NCBI GenBank assembly: GCA_964468755.1
Contig: CAYXWH010000002.1
Span: 5,444-69,443 of the forward strand
DNA: 64,000 nucleotides
Source of the DNA: an uncultured Dehalococcoidaceae bacterium
GTDB lineage: Bacteria; Chloroflexota; Dehalococcoidia; Dehalococcoidales; RBG-16-60-22
Direction: 5' to 3'
Of the stretch, positions 45,348-54,328 are shown in pieces. The notes below the pieces were generated by a model. That model made no database searches and was not told the DNA's origin. It worked only from the letters and a program-made list of their open reading frames with translations. Every line of letters begins with the position of its first letter. Position 1 is the stretch's first letter. Both the position numbers and the translations under genes were made by a program.

Positions 45348-45758
45348 TTAACTCTTATCATCGACCCGAACACTGCCATCCTGATAGGTTTCCGTTTTGC
45401 GGGTCGGCAATTTCTCTTTAAACTGGTTAATCGCATACTGGCAGGCGGCGAAGCCTTCTTCGCGGTGTGCCGCCGCTATCGCGACCACCAGGTTAACCTC
45501 GCCTACATTCAACAAACCGATACGATGATAAATAGCCACCCCGTTCAATGGCCATTTCTGTTCCATTGCCTCAGCTATCTCTCTCAGCTTGTCAACCGCC
45601 CTGCCGTCAGCGTCTTCATATTCCACAGAACGCACTGGCTTGTTGCGGGAATAATCACGAATTACGCCCACATAGCTGACCACACAGCCACTACTCCCGG
45701 TTTTCACTTCGTTGATTACCTGTTCCGCGGAAATCGGCGCGGTCACAATCTTTATCAT
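45348..45758 (-). CDS. moaE: Molybdopterin synthase catalytic subunit MoaE
   Basis: 136 aa. GCVVSYVGVIRD...V.YEDA... and IAAAHREEGFAACQYAINQFKEKLP resemble MoaE. Confidence 0.75.
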   Translation of the reverse strand: MIKIVTAPISAEQVINEVKTGSSGCVVSYVGVIRDYSRNKPVRSVEYEDADGRAVDKLREIAEAMEQKWPLNGVAIYHRIGLLNVGEVNLVVAIAAAHREEGFAACQYAINQFKEKLPTRKTETYQDGSVRVDDKS

Positions 45759-45835
45759 AATCGTCCCATACTTTCATACGGAGAGAAAGTTGGCATGGGG
45801 AATTACCCTACCTCAGGTTGGCTAATGAGCTGCGT

Positions 45836-47776
45836 TTAATCAGACGGGGCCGGATTCTGTTCGGGAACAAGGTGTGGCACTGGCGGTACTGTCTTTGGCT
45901 TTGAGTCACGCTCTAGCTCAGCCAGGGGCTCTACCGGTACCGGTTTGGGCTCTTTTTTAGTCTTTCGAGCCCGCTTTTGGGGAGCAGATTCCTCAAATAC
46001 TTTCTCCAGTTCCTCACCTTCCAGCGTCTCCCGGGCAATAAGTGTCTTGGCAAGCAACTCCAGCTTTGGCTGGTTATCAGTCAAAATATTCCGGGCAGTT
46101 TCCTTGGCTCGCTCGATGATACCATGGACTTCCTCATCAATGGCATCAGCTATCTTATCCCCGTAGTCCTTCTGCTCGGAGATTTCCCGACCCAGAAACA
46201 CCAGTTCCTGCCGGTCACCAAAAGTCCGCGGCCCCAGTTTATCACTCATCCCGAAGTCAGTTACCATGCGACGGGCAAGAGACGTCGCCCGCTTGATGTC
46301 ATCCGAAGCACCGGTCGTTATTTCGTCAAATATGAGCTCCTCGGCGGTATGACCGCCCAGCAGCGTAGCAATCATATCCTTGATTTGAGAGCTTGATGTC
46401 AGGTAGCGGTCTTCAATGGGAAGCTGTTTGGTATGTCCCAGCGACATGCCCCGGGCTACAATCGAAATCTTGTGAACGGGATCGGCATTGGGCAGCATCC
46501 GGGCAACGAGGGCATGCCCGGCTTCATGGTAGGCAATGACCTCCTTCTCCTTGAGGCTGATCTTGCGGCTTCTCCGCTCCGGCCCGGCAATTACCCGGTC
46601 TATGGACTCCTCAAATTCCTCCATCCCGATGGATTTCTTGTTTCGCCTGGCCGACAGAATAGCCGCCTCATTTACCAGATTGGCAAGGTCAGCACCACTG
46701 AAACCAACTGTCCCCTTGGCCAGCAACTCCAATTTTACCGATTTATCCAGCGGCTTCCCGTTGGCATGCACCTTGAGAATAGCCAGTCGGCCATTAATGT
46801 CCGGCCGGTCCAGAATCACCCGCCGGTCAAACCGACCGGGACGGAGCAACGCCGGGTCCAGTATGTCCGGCCGGTTGGTCGCCGCGACGACAATCACGCT
46901 GGTGCTGGTATCAAACCCATCCATCTCAACCAGTATCTGGTTGAGTGTCTGCTCACGCTCATCATGGCTGCCACCCAGTCCGGCACCGCGCTGCCTGCCT
47001 ACGGCATCAATCTCATCGATAAAGATAATACACGGAGCATTACGCTTGGCCTGTTCAAAAAGGTCACGCACCCGGGAAGCACCAACCCCCACGAACATCT
47101 CGACAAACTCGCTGCCGCTGATGGAAAAGAACGGTACGTCAGCCTGTCCGGCGACCGCCCGCGCCAGTAACGTCTTACCCGTACCCGGCGGGCCGATGAG
47201 CAAAACCCCCTTGGGGATTCGCGCGCCCAAGGACTGGAATTTCTCCCGTGACTTAAGGAACTCGACCACTTCATACAGGTCCTGCTTGGCTTCGTCAACC
47301 CCGGCAACATCGTCAAAGGTTACCGTGGTGCGGTTTGCCGGGAACAGACGCGCCCGGCTGCGGCCAAAGCTCATTGCCTGGCTGTTAGCGCCCCGCGCCT
47401 GGCGAAAGAGGAAGAACAGCAAGCTACCGAATATCAGTAACGGCAGCAGGTTCAGCATCAGGCTGCCCCAGTTTATCCCTGATGCCCCCTTAATATCAAC
47501 CACCACTCCCTCCAGGTTCAGCCCCTCAACCTCATAGATACTGGCGTTACTCTCTTTAAACGACTTAAATTCTTCGCCGGCAACGGTGGTTATCGCCAGC
47601 ACCTCTTCCTCCACCTCAATCTCAGCTATCTCTTTGTTCTGGGACATGGTTATAACCTGGCTCAAGGGGATTTCCTCAGGTTTATTGGTGGTGGGAATAA
47701 TATAGGAAAACAGCGCTACCGCCGCCACCAAGATGGCCAGATATATTAAGGCATTTCTCTTCCAGTTCACTTTCAT
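45836..47776 (-). CDS. ftsH: ATP-dependent zinc metalloprotease FtsH
   Basis: Two N-terminal TM segments, Walker [15 protein letters not shown] region and HEAGHA zinc motif. ATG 47776 is preceded by GGGAG. Confidence 0.9.
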   Translation of the reverse strand: MKVNWKRNALIYLAILVAAVALFSYIIPTTNKPEEIPLSQVITMSQNKEIAEIEVEEEVLAITTVAGEEFKSFKESNASIYEVEGLNLEGVVVDIKGASGINWGSLMLNLLPLLIFGSLLFFLFRQARGANSQAMSFGRSRARLFPANRTTVTFDDVAGVDEAKQDLYEVVEFLKSREKFQSLGARIPKGVLLIGPPGTGKTLLARAVAGQADVPFFSISGSEFVEMFVGVGASRVRDLFEQAKRNAPCIIFIDEIDAVGRQRGAGLGGSHDEREQTLNQILVEMDGFDTSTSVIVVAATNRPDILDPALLRPGRFDRRVILDRPDINGRLAILKVHANGKPLDKSVKLELLAKGTVGFSGADLANLVNEAAILSARRNKKSIGMEEFEESIDRVIAGPERRSRKISLKEKEVIAYHEAGHALVARMLPNADPVHKISIVARGMSLGHTKQLPIEDRYLTSSSQIKDMIATLLGGHTAEELIFDEITTGASDDIKRATSLARRMVTDFGMSDKLGPRTFGDRQELVFLGREISEQKDYGDKIADAIDEEVHGIIERAKETARNILTDNQPKLELLAKTLIARETLEGEELEKVFEESAPQKRARKTKKEPKPVPVEPLAELERDSKPKTVPPVPHLVPEQNPAPSD

Positions 47777-48005
47777 ATTGCTACTCCCGGTCACCTCCAC
47801 CACTTTCCATTGTATCTATATTATACCACACCAGAAAAGAGAAAAAGAAACCTGTCAAGCTGACCACCCAAACCGGCAAAACCGGTACGCTCGAATTTTA
47901 GAAAATATTTACATCGGGATGCCCGAAATTTAGATGATATTTACTTGGCATGGACTATACTCTCAACCTGAGAAGAGTAAATAAACTCAAGGAGAGGAGC
48001 GACTG

Positions 48006-49064
48006 GTGCTTGAATCCAAGGGGAACGTACTCATTGTCGACGACGAGGAAATTATACGATGGATACTGCACAGGAAGCTGTCCAAGGAAGGCTACACCTG
48101 CGACGAGGCCGGCGACGCTGAACAGGCACTGACCAAACTGAAGGTTGACCCCCGCGAATTGGTCGTTTTGGACATAAATATGCCCGGTAGAGCCGGCAAT
48201 GAGCTACTCCCGCAAATACGGACCGCCTTTCCGGAAACAGCCGTTGTCATGGCGAGCGGAGTTACTGACACCAAGGTCATCGCCCAGTGTATCCGTGATG
48301 GCGCTCATGACTATATCTGCAAGCCATTTCGGCTGGAAGAGGTCTTAGTTAGTATTGGCCGGGCGCTGGAAAAGCGGCGACTGGAACTCCAGATACTGGA
48401 ATGCCAGAAAAACCTGGGGAACAAGTTCAAGCAACAGGTTACCGAAATACGCAAGCTCTTCCTCAGTGCCATCGAGACCCTGGTTGCCTCGCTTGAAGCG
48501 GCTGACCCATATACGGCGGGGCATTCCAAAGAAGTCACCGCTATCGCTCTGAACATCGGGCGGCGACTGGAACTTCCGGCAGAACGGTTGGAAGACCTCA
48601 ACTGGGGAGCCCTGCTCCACGATGTTGGTAAAATTGCCGTCGACCCGCGCATCCTTAACAAACCGGATAAACTTAACCCTGAAGAGTACCGGCACATCAT
48701 GACTCACGCCGTGGTAGGACCCGGTCTGGTACGCCCGCTGGTCAACAGCAGAGTAGTGGAAATCATCTCCCACCACCATGACCGCTACGATGGCAAAGGG
48801 CTTGACCAGATCATCGCTGGTGAGGAAATACCACTGGAAGCGAGAATCGTAACTGTCGCCGACGCCTTCAATGCCATGATTTCGGACCGGCCCTATCGGG
48901 CGGCCATGACTCCTGAAGAAGCCCTTGATGAAGTGAAGAGGAATAGCGGTACTCAATTTGACCCGATGATTGCCAGCGTACTGCTCGAGATGGCAACCGA
49001 AACCCCGCGCAGGTCAAAACCGGCAAATTCGCCGACACCAATCGGGCACAAACCCGGTATGTAA
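48006..49064 (+). CDS. Response regulator receiver fused to an HD-GYP-type (HD-superfamily) phosphohydrolase domain
   Basis: REC domain (VLIVDDEE...DINMPG...K). The HD domain has HSKEV, HDVGK and HHHDRYDGKG. The GYP tripeptide itself is absent (DGKGLD). Confidence 0.8.
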   Translation: MLESKGNVLIVDDEEIIRWILHRKLSKEGYTCDEAGDAEQALTKLKVDPRELVVLDINMPGRAGNELLPQIRTAFPETAVVMASGVTDTKVIAQCIRDGAHDYICKPFRLEEVLVSIGRALEKRRLELQILECQKNLGNKFKQQVTEIRKLFLSAIETLVASLEAADPYTAGHSKEVTAIALNIGRRLELPAERLEDLNWGALLHDVGKIAVDPRILNKPDKLNPEEYRHIMTHAVVGPGLVRPLVNSRVVEIISHHHDRYDGKGLDQIIAGEEIPLEARIVTVADAFNAMISDRPYRAAMTPEEALDEVKRNSGTQFDPMIASVLLEMATETPRRSKPANSPTPIGHKPGM

Positions 49065-49139
49065 TCAGAACCGGTGCCGTAGCCCCGCATTTATGTCATT
49101 TAAATTATCTTCATATGCCCCAAAAAACAGGCAATACTC

Positions 49140-49168
49140 TTGAAATCTTCAATTTCTTGTGATATAGT
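49140..49168 (+). promoter_or_regulatory. Sigma70-type promoter with extended -10 (TTGAAA-17-TGaTATAGT)
   Basis: TTGAAA at 49140-49145, a 17-nt spacer ending in TGA, then TATAGT at 49163-49168. Predicted TSS near 49175. Confidence 0.5.
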
Positions 49169-49198
49169 ATGTCGGAATTAGATTTGGGAAATGCGTTT

Positions 49199-49258
49199 AT
49201 GCAACTGAACTACTACGCATCATATTACTATTACGCGTATTATTACCATGAGCGCTAA
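49199..49258 (+). CDS. Candidate regulatory leader peptide MQLNYYASYYYYAYYYHER (9 Tyr of 19 codons)
   Basis: My own translation. ATG 49199 lies 8 nt after GGGAA, and the stop TAA is at 49256-49258. It is below the 60-aa cutoff of the ORF track. Its 3' end and stop are embedded in alternative RNA helices. Confidence 0.45.
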   Translation: MQLNYYASYYYYAYYYHER

Positions 49259-49323
49259 CAGTGCTCTTGGGGGCTGGTTGCATAAAAAAGATAAAGCGCA
49301 CTAAATAAAAAAGAAAACCAAGC

Positions 49324-49352
49324 AAAAACCCTCCCAAGAAGGAGGGTTTTTT
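49324..49352 (+). terminator. Intrinsic terminator (attenuator segment 3:4) upstream of the TRAP operon
   Basis: AAAAACCCTCC (49324-49334) pairs with GGAGGGTTTTT (41-51), with loop CAAGAA and a T6 run at 49347-49352. Confidence 0.65.
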
Positions 49353-49454
49353 AATTATAAGGCACCATGGTGAAAATTGTGAGCTGAGGTGGTGATACCA
49401 TGTAGACAGGCAGAGAACAAAATGGAAAATAACAAAAATTTCTGGAGGTGACAT

Positions 49455-50549
49455 ATGAAAAAAATAGTACCCCTGTTACTATTGCCGTTGCTACTAGTCC
49501 TGCCTCTATTTGGTGCCTGTACCGCTCAAGAACCAGAGGTAATTGAACTATCCTACAGTAACTTCTTCCCGCCAACCCACTTCCACTCCATACTGGCCGA
49601 GCAATGGACAAAAGAGATTGAGAACCGCACCGACGGCCAGGTCAAGTTCACCTACTATCCGGGCAGTGCCTTGCTCGCCAAAGACCAGGTGTATGATGGT
49701 ATCGTTCAGGGTATCGCCGATGTCGGCATGTCCTGCCTTATCTATACCGCCGGCCGTTTTCCCGCCAGTGAGCTGGTTGACCTCCCCCATGCCTATCCCA
49801 ACGGATGGGTCGCCACCAAGGTAGCCAATGACTTCTACCAGGAGTTCACGCCCGCCGAATTCGATGATGCTCACCTGCTTTATTTTCACGCCCACGGTCC
49901 GGGGGTAATTTTCACCGCCGAAAAGCCGGTACGTAAAATGGACGACCTCAAGGGACTGTTAATAAGAGCAACCGGGGCTGGCGTAAGAATAATGGAAGCC
50001 CTGGGGGCAACCGGGCATGGCGCCGGTCAGCCGGAGGCTTACGAGTTGCTGTCCAAGGGCATAGTCGACGGCACCTATACCCCGCGTGAAGTACTCAAAG
50101 GCTGGAAGCAAGCCGAGGTAGTCAACTACGTAACCAATTGCTACCAGGTCGGTAATACCACTGATATGTACGTGGCTATGAACAAGGACAAGTGGAATGC
50201 CCTTCCCGATGATATCAAGAAGGTGTTTACCGAGGTCAGCCAGGAGTGGATAGAGAAACACGGTATGGTCTGGGACTACTATGACAAGGTAGCCGTTGAG
50301 TACTTCCTCACCTTCGAGGGCAGGGAAGTAATCGAACTGCCGGCCGAGGAAATGGCGCGCTGGGTAGCCGCCACTGAAGGCGTAATCACCGATTACCTGG
50401 ATGAGCTTACCGGTAAAGGACTGCCGGCTGCGGATTACCAGGAATACCTGAATGAACGCGTAGCCTACTGGTCCCAGCAGTCGCCATCGACCGATCAGAG
50501 TGTCAACTGGGTAAAGTCCGAAGTGGAACCGCTGGTACCGGCACAATAA
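49455..50549 (+). CDS. TRAP transporter substrate-binding protein (DctP family), lipoprotein
   Basis: Signal peptide ending LFGAC. DctP-like body about 340 aa long, including an LIRATGAG region with an Arg that could be the DctP-family carboxylate-binding residue (not aligned). SD GGAGG before the ATG. Confidence 0.85.
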   Translation: MKKIVPLLLLPLLLVLPLFGACTAQEPEVIELSYSNFFPPTHFHSILAEQWTKEIENRTDGQVKFTYYPGSALLAKDQVYDGIVQGIADVGMSCLIYTAGRFPASELVDLPHAYPNGWVATKVANDFYQEFTPAEFDDAHLLYFHAHGPGVIFTAEKPVRKMDDLKGLLIRATGAGVRIMEALGATGHGAGQPEAYELLSKGIVDGTYTPREVLKGWKQAEVVNYVTNCYQVGNTTDMYVAMNKDKWNALPDDIKKVFTEVSQEWIEKHGMVWDYYDKVAVEYFLTFEGREVIELPAEEMARWVAATEGVITDYLDELTGKGLPAADYQEYLNERVAYWSQQSPSTDQSVNWVKSEVEPLVPAQ

Positions 50550-50637
50550 ACTCTGGTACAATAACTATCAGTGGTTTTATGGGGGTGCCTGTTTGGAGCC
50601 AGTTCCGACAGGTACCCCCACAGTGTGATTGAGTAAC

Positions 50638-51138
50638 ATGTCAGGCAAGATTGACTCATGGACAAAGTTCACCGAATCGTGTAGCAAGTGGCTCAATTGG
50701 ATCGGCGGTGTCGGTCTGGTGGCAATGCTTGTTCTTACCACCACCGATATTATCGGCGTCAAGCTCTTCAAGTGGCCCGTCCCCGGCGCCGTTGAGATGG
50801 TCGGCTTTCTGGGCGCGATGATAATTTCCTTTGCCATGGCGTACACCCTGTTCGTTCGCGGTCATATTCAGGTGGAATTCTTTGTCCAGCACCTGCCCCG
50901 GCGAGGTCAGGCAGCAACCACCGCCATCGTCTCCCTGCTGGGGCTGGGGCTGTTTGTCCTGCTTGCCTGGCAGAGCTACGAGTACGGCCGTGTGCTCCAA
51001 ATCACCGGAGAAGTTTCCATGACCCAGCGTATACCCTTTTATCCCTTCGTCTACGCGATTGCCTTTTGCTGTATCCCCGTCTGCCTGGTACTGGTGATGG
51101 ACTTCACCAAATCGATAATGAAAGTGGTGAAAAAGTGA
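50638..51138 (+). CDS. TRAP transporter small permease (DctQ family)
   Basis: About 166 aa with four hydrophobic segments. Positioned between the DctP and DctM genes. Confidence 0.8.
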   Translation: MSGKIDSWTKFTESCSKWLNWIGGVGLVAMLVLTTTDIIGVKLFKWPVPGAVEMVGFLGAMIISFAMAYTLFVRGHIQVEFFVQHLPRRGQAATTAIVSLLGLGLFVLLAWQSYEYGRVLQITGEVSMTQRIPFYPFVYAIAFCCIPVCLVLVMDFTKSIMKVVKK

Positions 51139-52439
51139 GTCCGGTTGCAATTGGCATCATCGGCATTTTCGTCCTGATTTTGATTTTTCTCCTGGGAATG
51201 CCGGTGGGCTTCGCCATGGGCCTGGTCGGGCTGGCTGGTTTCTGCTATCTGGTCTCCCCGGAAGCAGGATTGAGCCTGCTGGCGCGGGATGTCTTCACCA
51301 CGTTCTCTTCATACTCCCTTACCGTGATACCCATGTTTGTCTTCATGGGCTCAATTGCCTACGCATCAGGCATGAGCCGTCGGCTCTACGAAGCCAGTCA
51401 CACCCTGTTCGGCGAAATGCGCGGGGGGCTTATTATGGCAACCATTGCCGGCTGCGCCGGCTTCGCTGCCATCTGTGGCTCTACCAGTGCCACTGCCGCC
51501 GCCATGGGCCGGGTATCCCTCCCCGAAATGAAACGATATAAGTACAATGACGCCCTGGCTACCGGCAGTGTCGCCGCCGCCGGCAGTCTGGGAATATTAA
51601 TCCCGCCCAGTACCATTTTCATTGTTTACGGGATACTGACCGAGCAGTCCATCGGCAGGCTTTTCCTCGCCGGGGTTTTCCCCGGGATTATCCTCGCCTC
51701 ACTCTTCATGGTTACCGTGGCGGTCATCTGCTGGCGGTACCCCCACCTCGCCCCGGCCGGAGAACCGACCAGCTACCGCGAGAAAATTGAAGGTATCACC
51801 GGCATCAGCGAGATGCTCGTCCTCTTTGTCATGGTAATGGGCGGGCTGTTTCTCGGCTGGTTCAGCCCGGTGCAGGCTGGCGCCGCCGGAGCCGCCGGTG
51901 CTCTGCTCATCGGGCTTGCCCGACGGCAGTTAAACTGGGACGGGTTCCTCTTTGCCGTCAAGGACACCCTGAAGGTGACCTGCGAGATTATCGTCATCGT
52001 TACCGGCGCGGTGATACTGGGTCACTTCATCGCTGTTGCCAAGATTCCCTTTATCCTGACACAGTGGGTAAGCGAACTTTCCCTGCCCACGGTAGTGGTG
52101 ATGGGCGTGATTGTCCTGATGTACCTGTTCGGTGGTTTCTTCATGGACGCGCTTGCCCTGATTACCCTGACCATCCCCATCATCTACCCGCTGGTGCTGT
52201 CCCTCGGCTTTGACCCGATATGGTTCGGTGTGATAATAGTATTGGTGACCGAAATGGGAGTAATTACACCCCCGGTGGGTATCAACGTATACGTTATCAA
52301 GGGAATTGCCGAGGATGTGTCTCTGGAAACCATCTTTAAAGGAGTTTTCCCCTTCCTTATCGCGCTGATTGTTGCCGTAGGGATACTAATTGCCTTTCCC
52401 CAGATTGCCACTTTTCTACCCGGTATGGCCACCTATTAA
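51135..52439 (+). CDS. TRAP transporter large permease (DctM family)
   Basis: About 434-aa polytopic protein. GTG 51135 overlaps the dctQ stop (GTGA). The ORF track's earlier start at 51066 lies inside dctQ. Confidence 0.85.
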   Translation: MSPVAIGIIGIFVLILIFLLGMPVGFAMGLVGLAGFCYLVSPEAGLSLLARDVFTTFSSYSLTVIPMFVFMGSIAYASGMSRRLYEASHTLFGEMRGGLIMATIAGCAGFAAICGSTSATAAAMGRVSLPEMKRYKYNDALATGSVAAAGSLGILIPPSTIFIVYGILTEQSIGRLFLAGVFPGIILASLFMVTVAVICWRYPHLAPAGEPTSYREKIEGITGISEMLVLFVMVMGGLFLGWFSPVQAGAAGAAGALLIGLARRQLNWDGFLFAVKDTLKVTCEIIVIVTGAVILGHFIAVAKIPFILTQWVSELSLPTVVVMGVIVLMYLFGGFFMDALALITLTIPIIYPLVLSLGFDPIWFGVIIVLVTEMGVITPPVGINVYVIKGIAEDVSLETIFKGVFPFLIALIVAVGILIAFPQIATFLPGMATY

Positions 52440-52480
52440 GCCGGCCGGTATGACCGCCCTTGCAGGAGGTACATAAAACA

Positions 52481-54028
52481 ATGACCATAGCCGAGATGCT
52501 GGCAAGAAACGCCCGCATGTACCCGGAAGATAGTGCCCTCATTGAACTCAAGCCGAGCCAGAAGCTCCGAAAGGAAATCAACTGGAAGACGTTTGATGAA
52601 CGGGCTAACCGGATTGCCGGTGCGCTTATGCAACGAGGAGTGGGCAAAGGCGATAAAGTCATCCACCTGATGATGAACTCGATAGAATGGCTGGAAGCCT
52701 ACTTCGGCATCATCAGGACCGGCGCCTGGGCTGTACCACTCAACTTTCGCTTTACCAGCCAGGACATCAAGTACTGCGCTGACATTGCCGAAGCCAGGGC
52801 AATGATACTGGGCGAGGAGTTTATTGAGCGCGTGGCAGCCGTCCGCTCCCGGCTTACCACGATTAAAGACTATATTTACGTCGGCGCGACAACACCACCG
52901 GACATGGAAAGCTTCGAGGACATAATTGCCGCATCACCGGCCGAGCCCCCGGCAGTACCGCTCAATGATGACGATGCCTGCGGGCTCTACTTTACCTCGG
53001 GCACTACCGGTACTCCCAAGCCGATTCTGCTCACGCACAAGAATATGGAATGTGCCGCCATCACCGAGAACCGGCACCATTTTCAGCAGCATGATGATAA
53101 TTTTATCCTGCTGCCTCCCCTGTACCATACCGGTGCCAAGATGCACTGGTTCGGCAGCCTGATTGTCGGCGGGCGGGCTACCATCCTGACCGAAATAAGC
53201 CCCCGGTATATCTTTGATGCCGTCCATAGCGAACGGGGAACGATTGTCTGGCTGCTGGTGCCCTGGGCGCAGGATATTCTCAGCGTCATGGACAGTGGTG
53301 AGTTGAACAAAACCGACTACGACCTCAGTTGCTGGCGGCTGATGCACATCGGCGCCCAGCCGGTGCCGCCCAGCCTGGTGCAACACTGGCTACAATACTT
53401 CCCCCGTATGCAGTATGACACCAATTACGGACTGAGTGAGTCCAGCGGGCCTGGCTGCGTGCATCTCGGCATCGATAATATACAGAAAGTGGGGGCTATC
53501 GGCAGGGCCGGGTTTAACTGGGAAGCACGGATTGTTGATACCCAGGGAACCGACGTGGCCCGGGCAGAAATCGGCGAACTCGTTATCAGGGGTAACGGCG
53601 TGATGAAGGAGTACTACAAGAATCCACGGCAAACCGCCGAAACCATACGAGACGGCTGGCTGTATACCGGGGATATGGCCCGGGTGGACGATGAAGGATT
53701 TATCTACCTGGTCGACCGGAAAAAGGACGTCATCATCACCGGCGGCGAGAATATCTTCCCGGTGGAGATAGAAGATGTGCTGCACGGTCATCCCGGCATC
53801 TATGATGCGGCGGTAATCGGCATCCCTGACCAACGACTGGGGGAGATAGCCGCCGCCGTTATTGACCCCAAACCCGGTGCACAATTGACCGAGGATGAGG
53901 TGAATGCCTTTTGCGAGCAGGAATTACCGAGGTATAAGCGGCCAAGACGCATCATATTCGATAACGTGCCGCGAAATCCCACCGGCAAGATAGAAAAACC
54001 GAAACTAAAAGAGAAATACCACCAGTAG
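52481..54028 (+). CDS. AMP-forming acyl-CoA ligase (ANL superfamily)
   Basis: YFTSGTTGTPKP (P-loop-like motif), YGLSE, GWLYTGDMA, GENIFPVEIE and PRNPTGKIEK. ATG 52481 lies 11 nt after AGGAGG. Confidence 0.85.
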   Translation: MTIAEMLARNARMYPEDSALIELKPSQKLRKEINWKTFDERANRIAGALMQRGVGKGDKVIHLMMNSIEWLEAYFGIIRTGAWAVPLNFRFTSQDIKYCADIAEARAMILGEEFIERVAAVRSRLTTIKDYIYVGATTPPDMESFEDIIAASPAEPPAVPLNDDDACGLYFTSGTTGTPKPILLTHKNMECAAITENRHHFQQHDDNFILLPPLYHTGAKMHWFGSLIVGGRATILTEISPRYIFDAVHSERGTIVWLLVPWAQDILSVMDSGELNKTDYDLSCWRLMHIGAQPVPPSLVQHWLQYFPRMQYDTNYGLSESSGPGCVHLGIDNIQKVGAIGRAGFNWEARIVDTQGTDVARAEIGELVIRGNGVMKEYYKNPRQTAETIRDGWLYTGDMARVDDEGFIYLVDRKKDVIITGGENIFPVEIEDVLHGHPGIYDAAVIGIPDQRLGEIAAAVIDPKPGAQLTEDEVNAFCEQELPRYKRPRRIIFDNVPRNPTGKIEKPKLKEKYHQ

Positions 54029-54171
54029 AACTGTAAAATTAACCGGGCAACAGCCCGTGTATCCACGAAACAAAGCATGCCGCTATCTTTGCCCTCCGGT
54101 AGCTGTCAGTATACTCCAACTAACTTTTTACCCTTCGTCCTTTTTTACAGCATAGCTACTATCGATGAAAC

Positions 54172-54201
54172 GGTTTCCCACCCGACCAGTCGAAACCTTT
54201 T
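54172..54201 (+). terminator. Possible terminator of the TRAP-ligase operon
   Basis: GGTTTC (54172-54177) pairs with GAAACC (54192-54197), with a 14-nt loop, followed by TTTT. Confidence 0.35.
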
Positions 54202-54328
54202 CCCTATAAATGAAAACCAGCCAGATTCATGCTGGGACCATAGATAGAACCCATCCCCCGGATAAGATGACAATGACCGATAAAACAAATATACTATAAT
54301 ACGGAGAGTACGACAGGAGGTTGGTAGA

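Noticed and set aside
47946-47961. TGGCAT-N-ATAC upstream of the response regulator, resembling a sigma54 -24/-12 promoter.
   Set aside because: The -12 element lacks the conserved GC (TTGC). Only the GG of the -24 box matches. There is no enhancer-binding protein gene nearby.
49169-49198. The upstream in-frame ATG (49169), which would give a 29-aa leader MSELDLGNAFMQLNYY...
   Set aside because: This ATG immediately follows the -10 hexamer (49163-49168). It would therefore lie upstream of the predicted transcription start, and it has no SD. ATG 49199 is the more plausible start. The longer form remains possible if another promoter exists upstream.
49197-49611. Minus-strand ORFs 49197-49454 (85 aa) and 49351-49611 (86 aa) in the TRAP upstream region.
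   Set aside because: They run antisense through the promoter, leader and terminator region and into the TRAP binding-protein gene. They have no SD and have low-complexity, hydrophobic composition typical of AT-rich noise.
54029-54328. A 300-nt spacer before glnA, checked for a glutamine riboswitch (glnA RNA motif) or a small ORF.
   Set aside because: I could not find the motif elements as I remember them (CGUUCA...GGAAGUAGG...AAGGAACG). I found only a possible terminator hairpin (54172-54201) and a weak TATAAT promoter (54295-54300).
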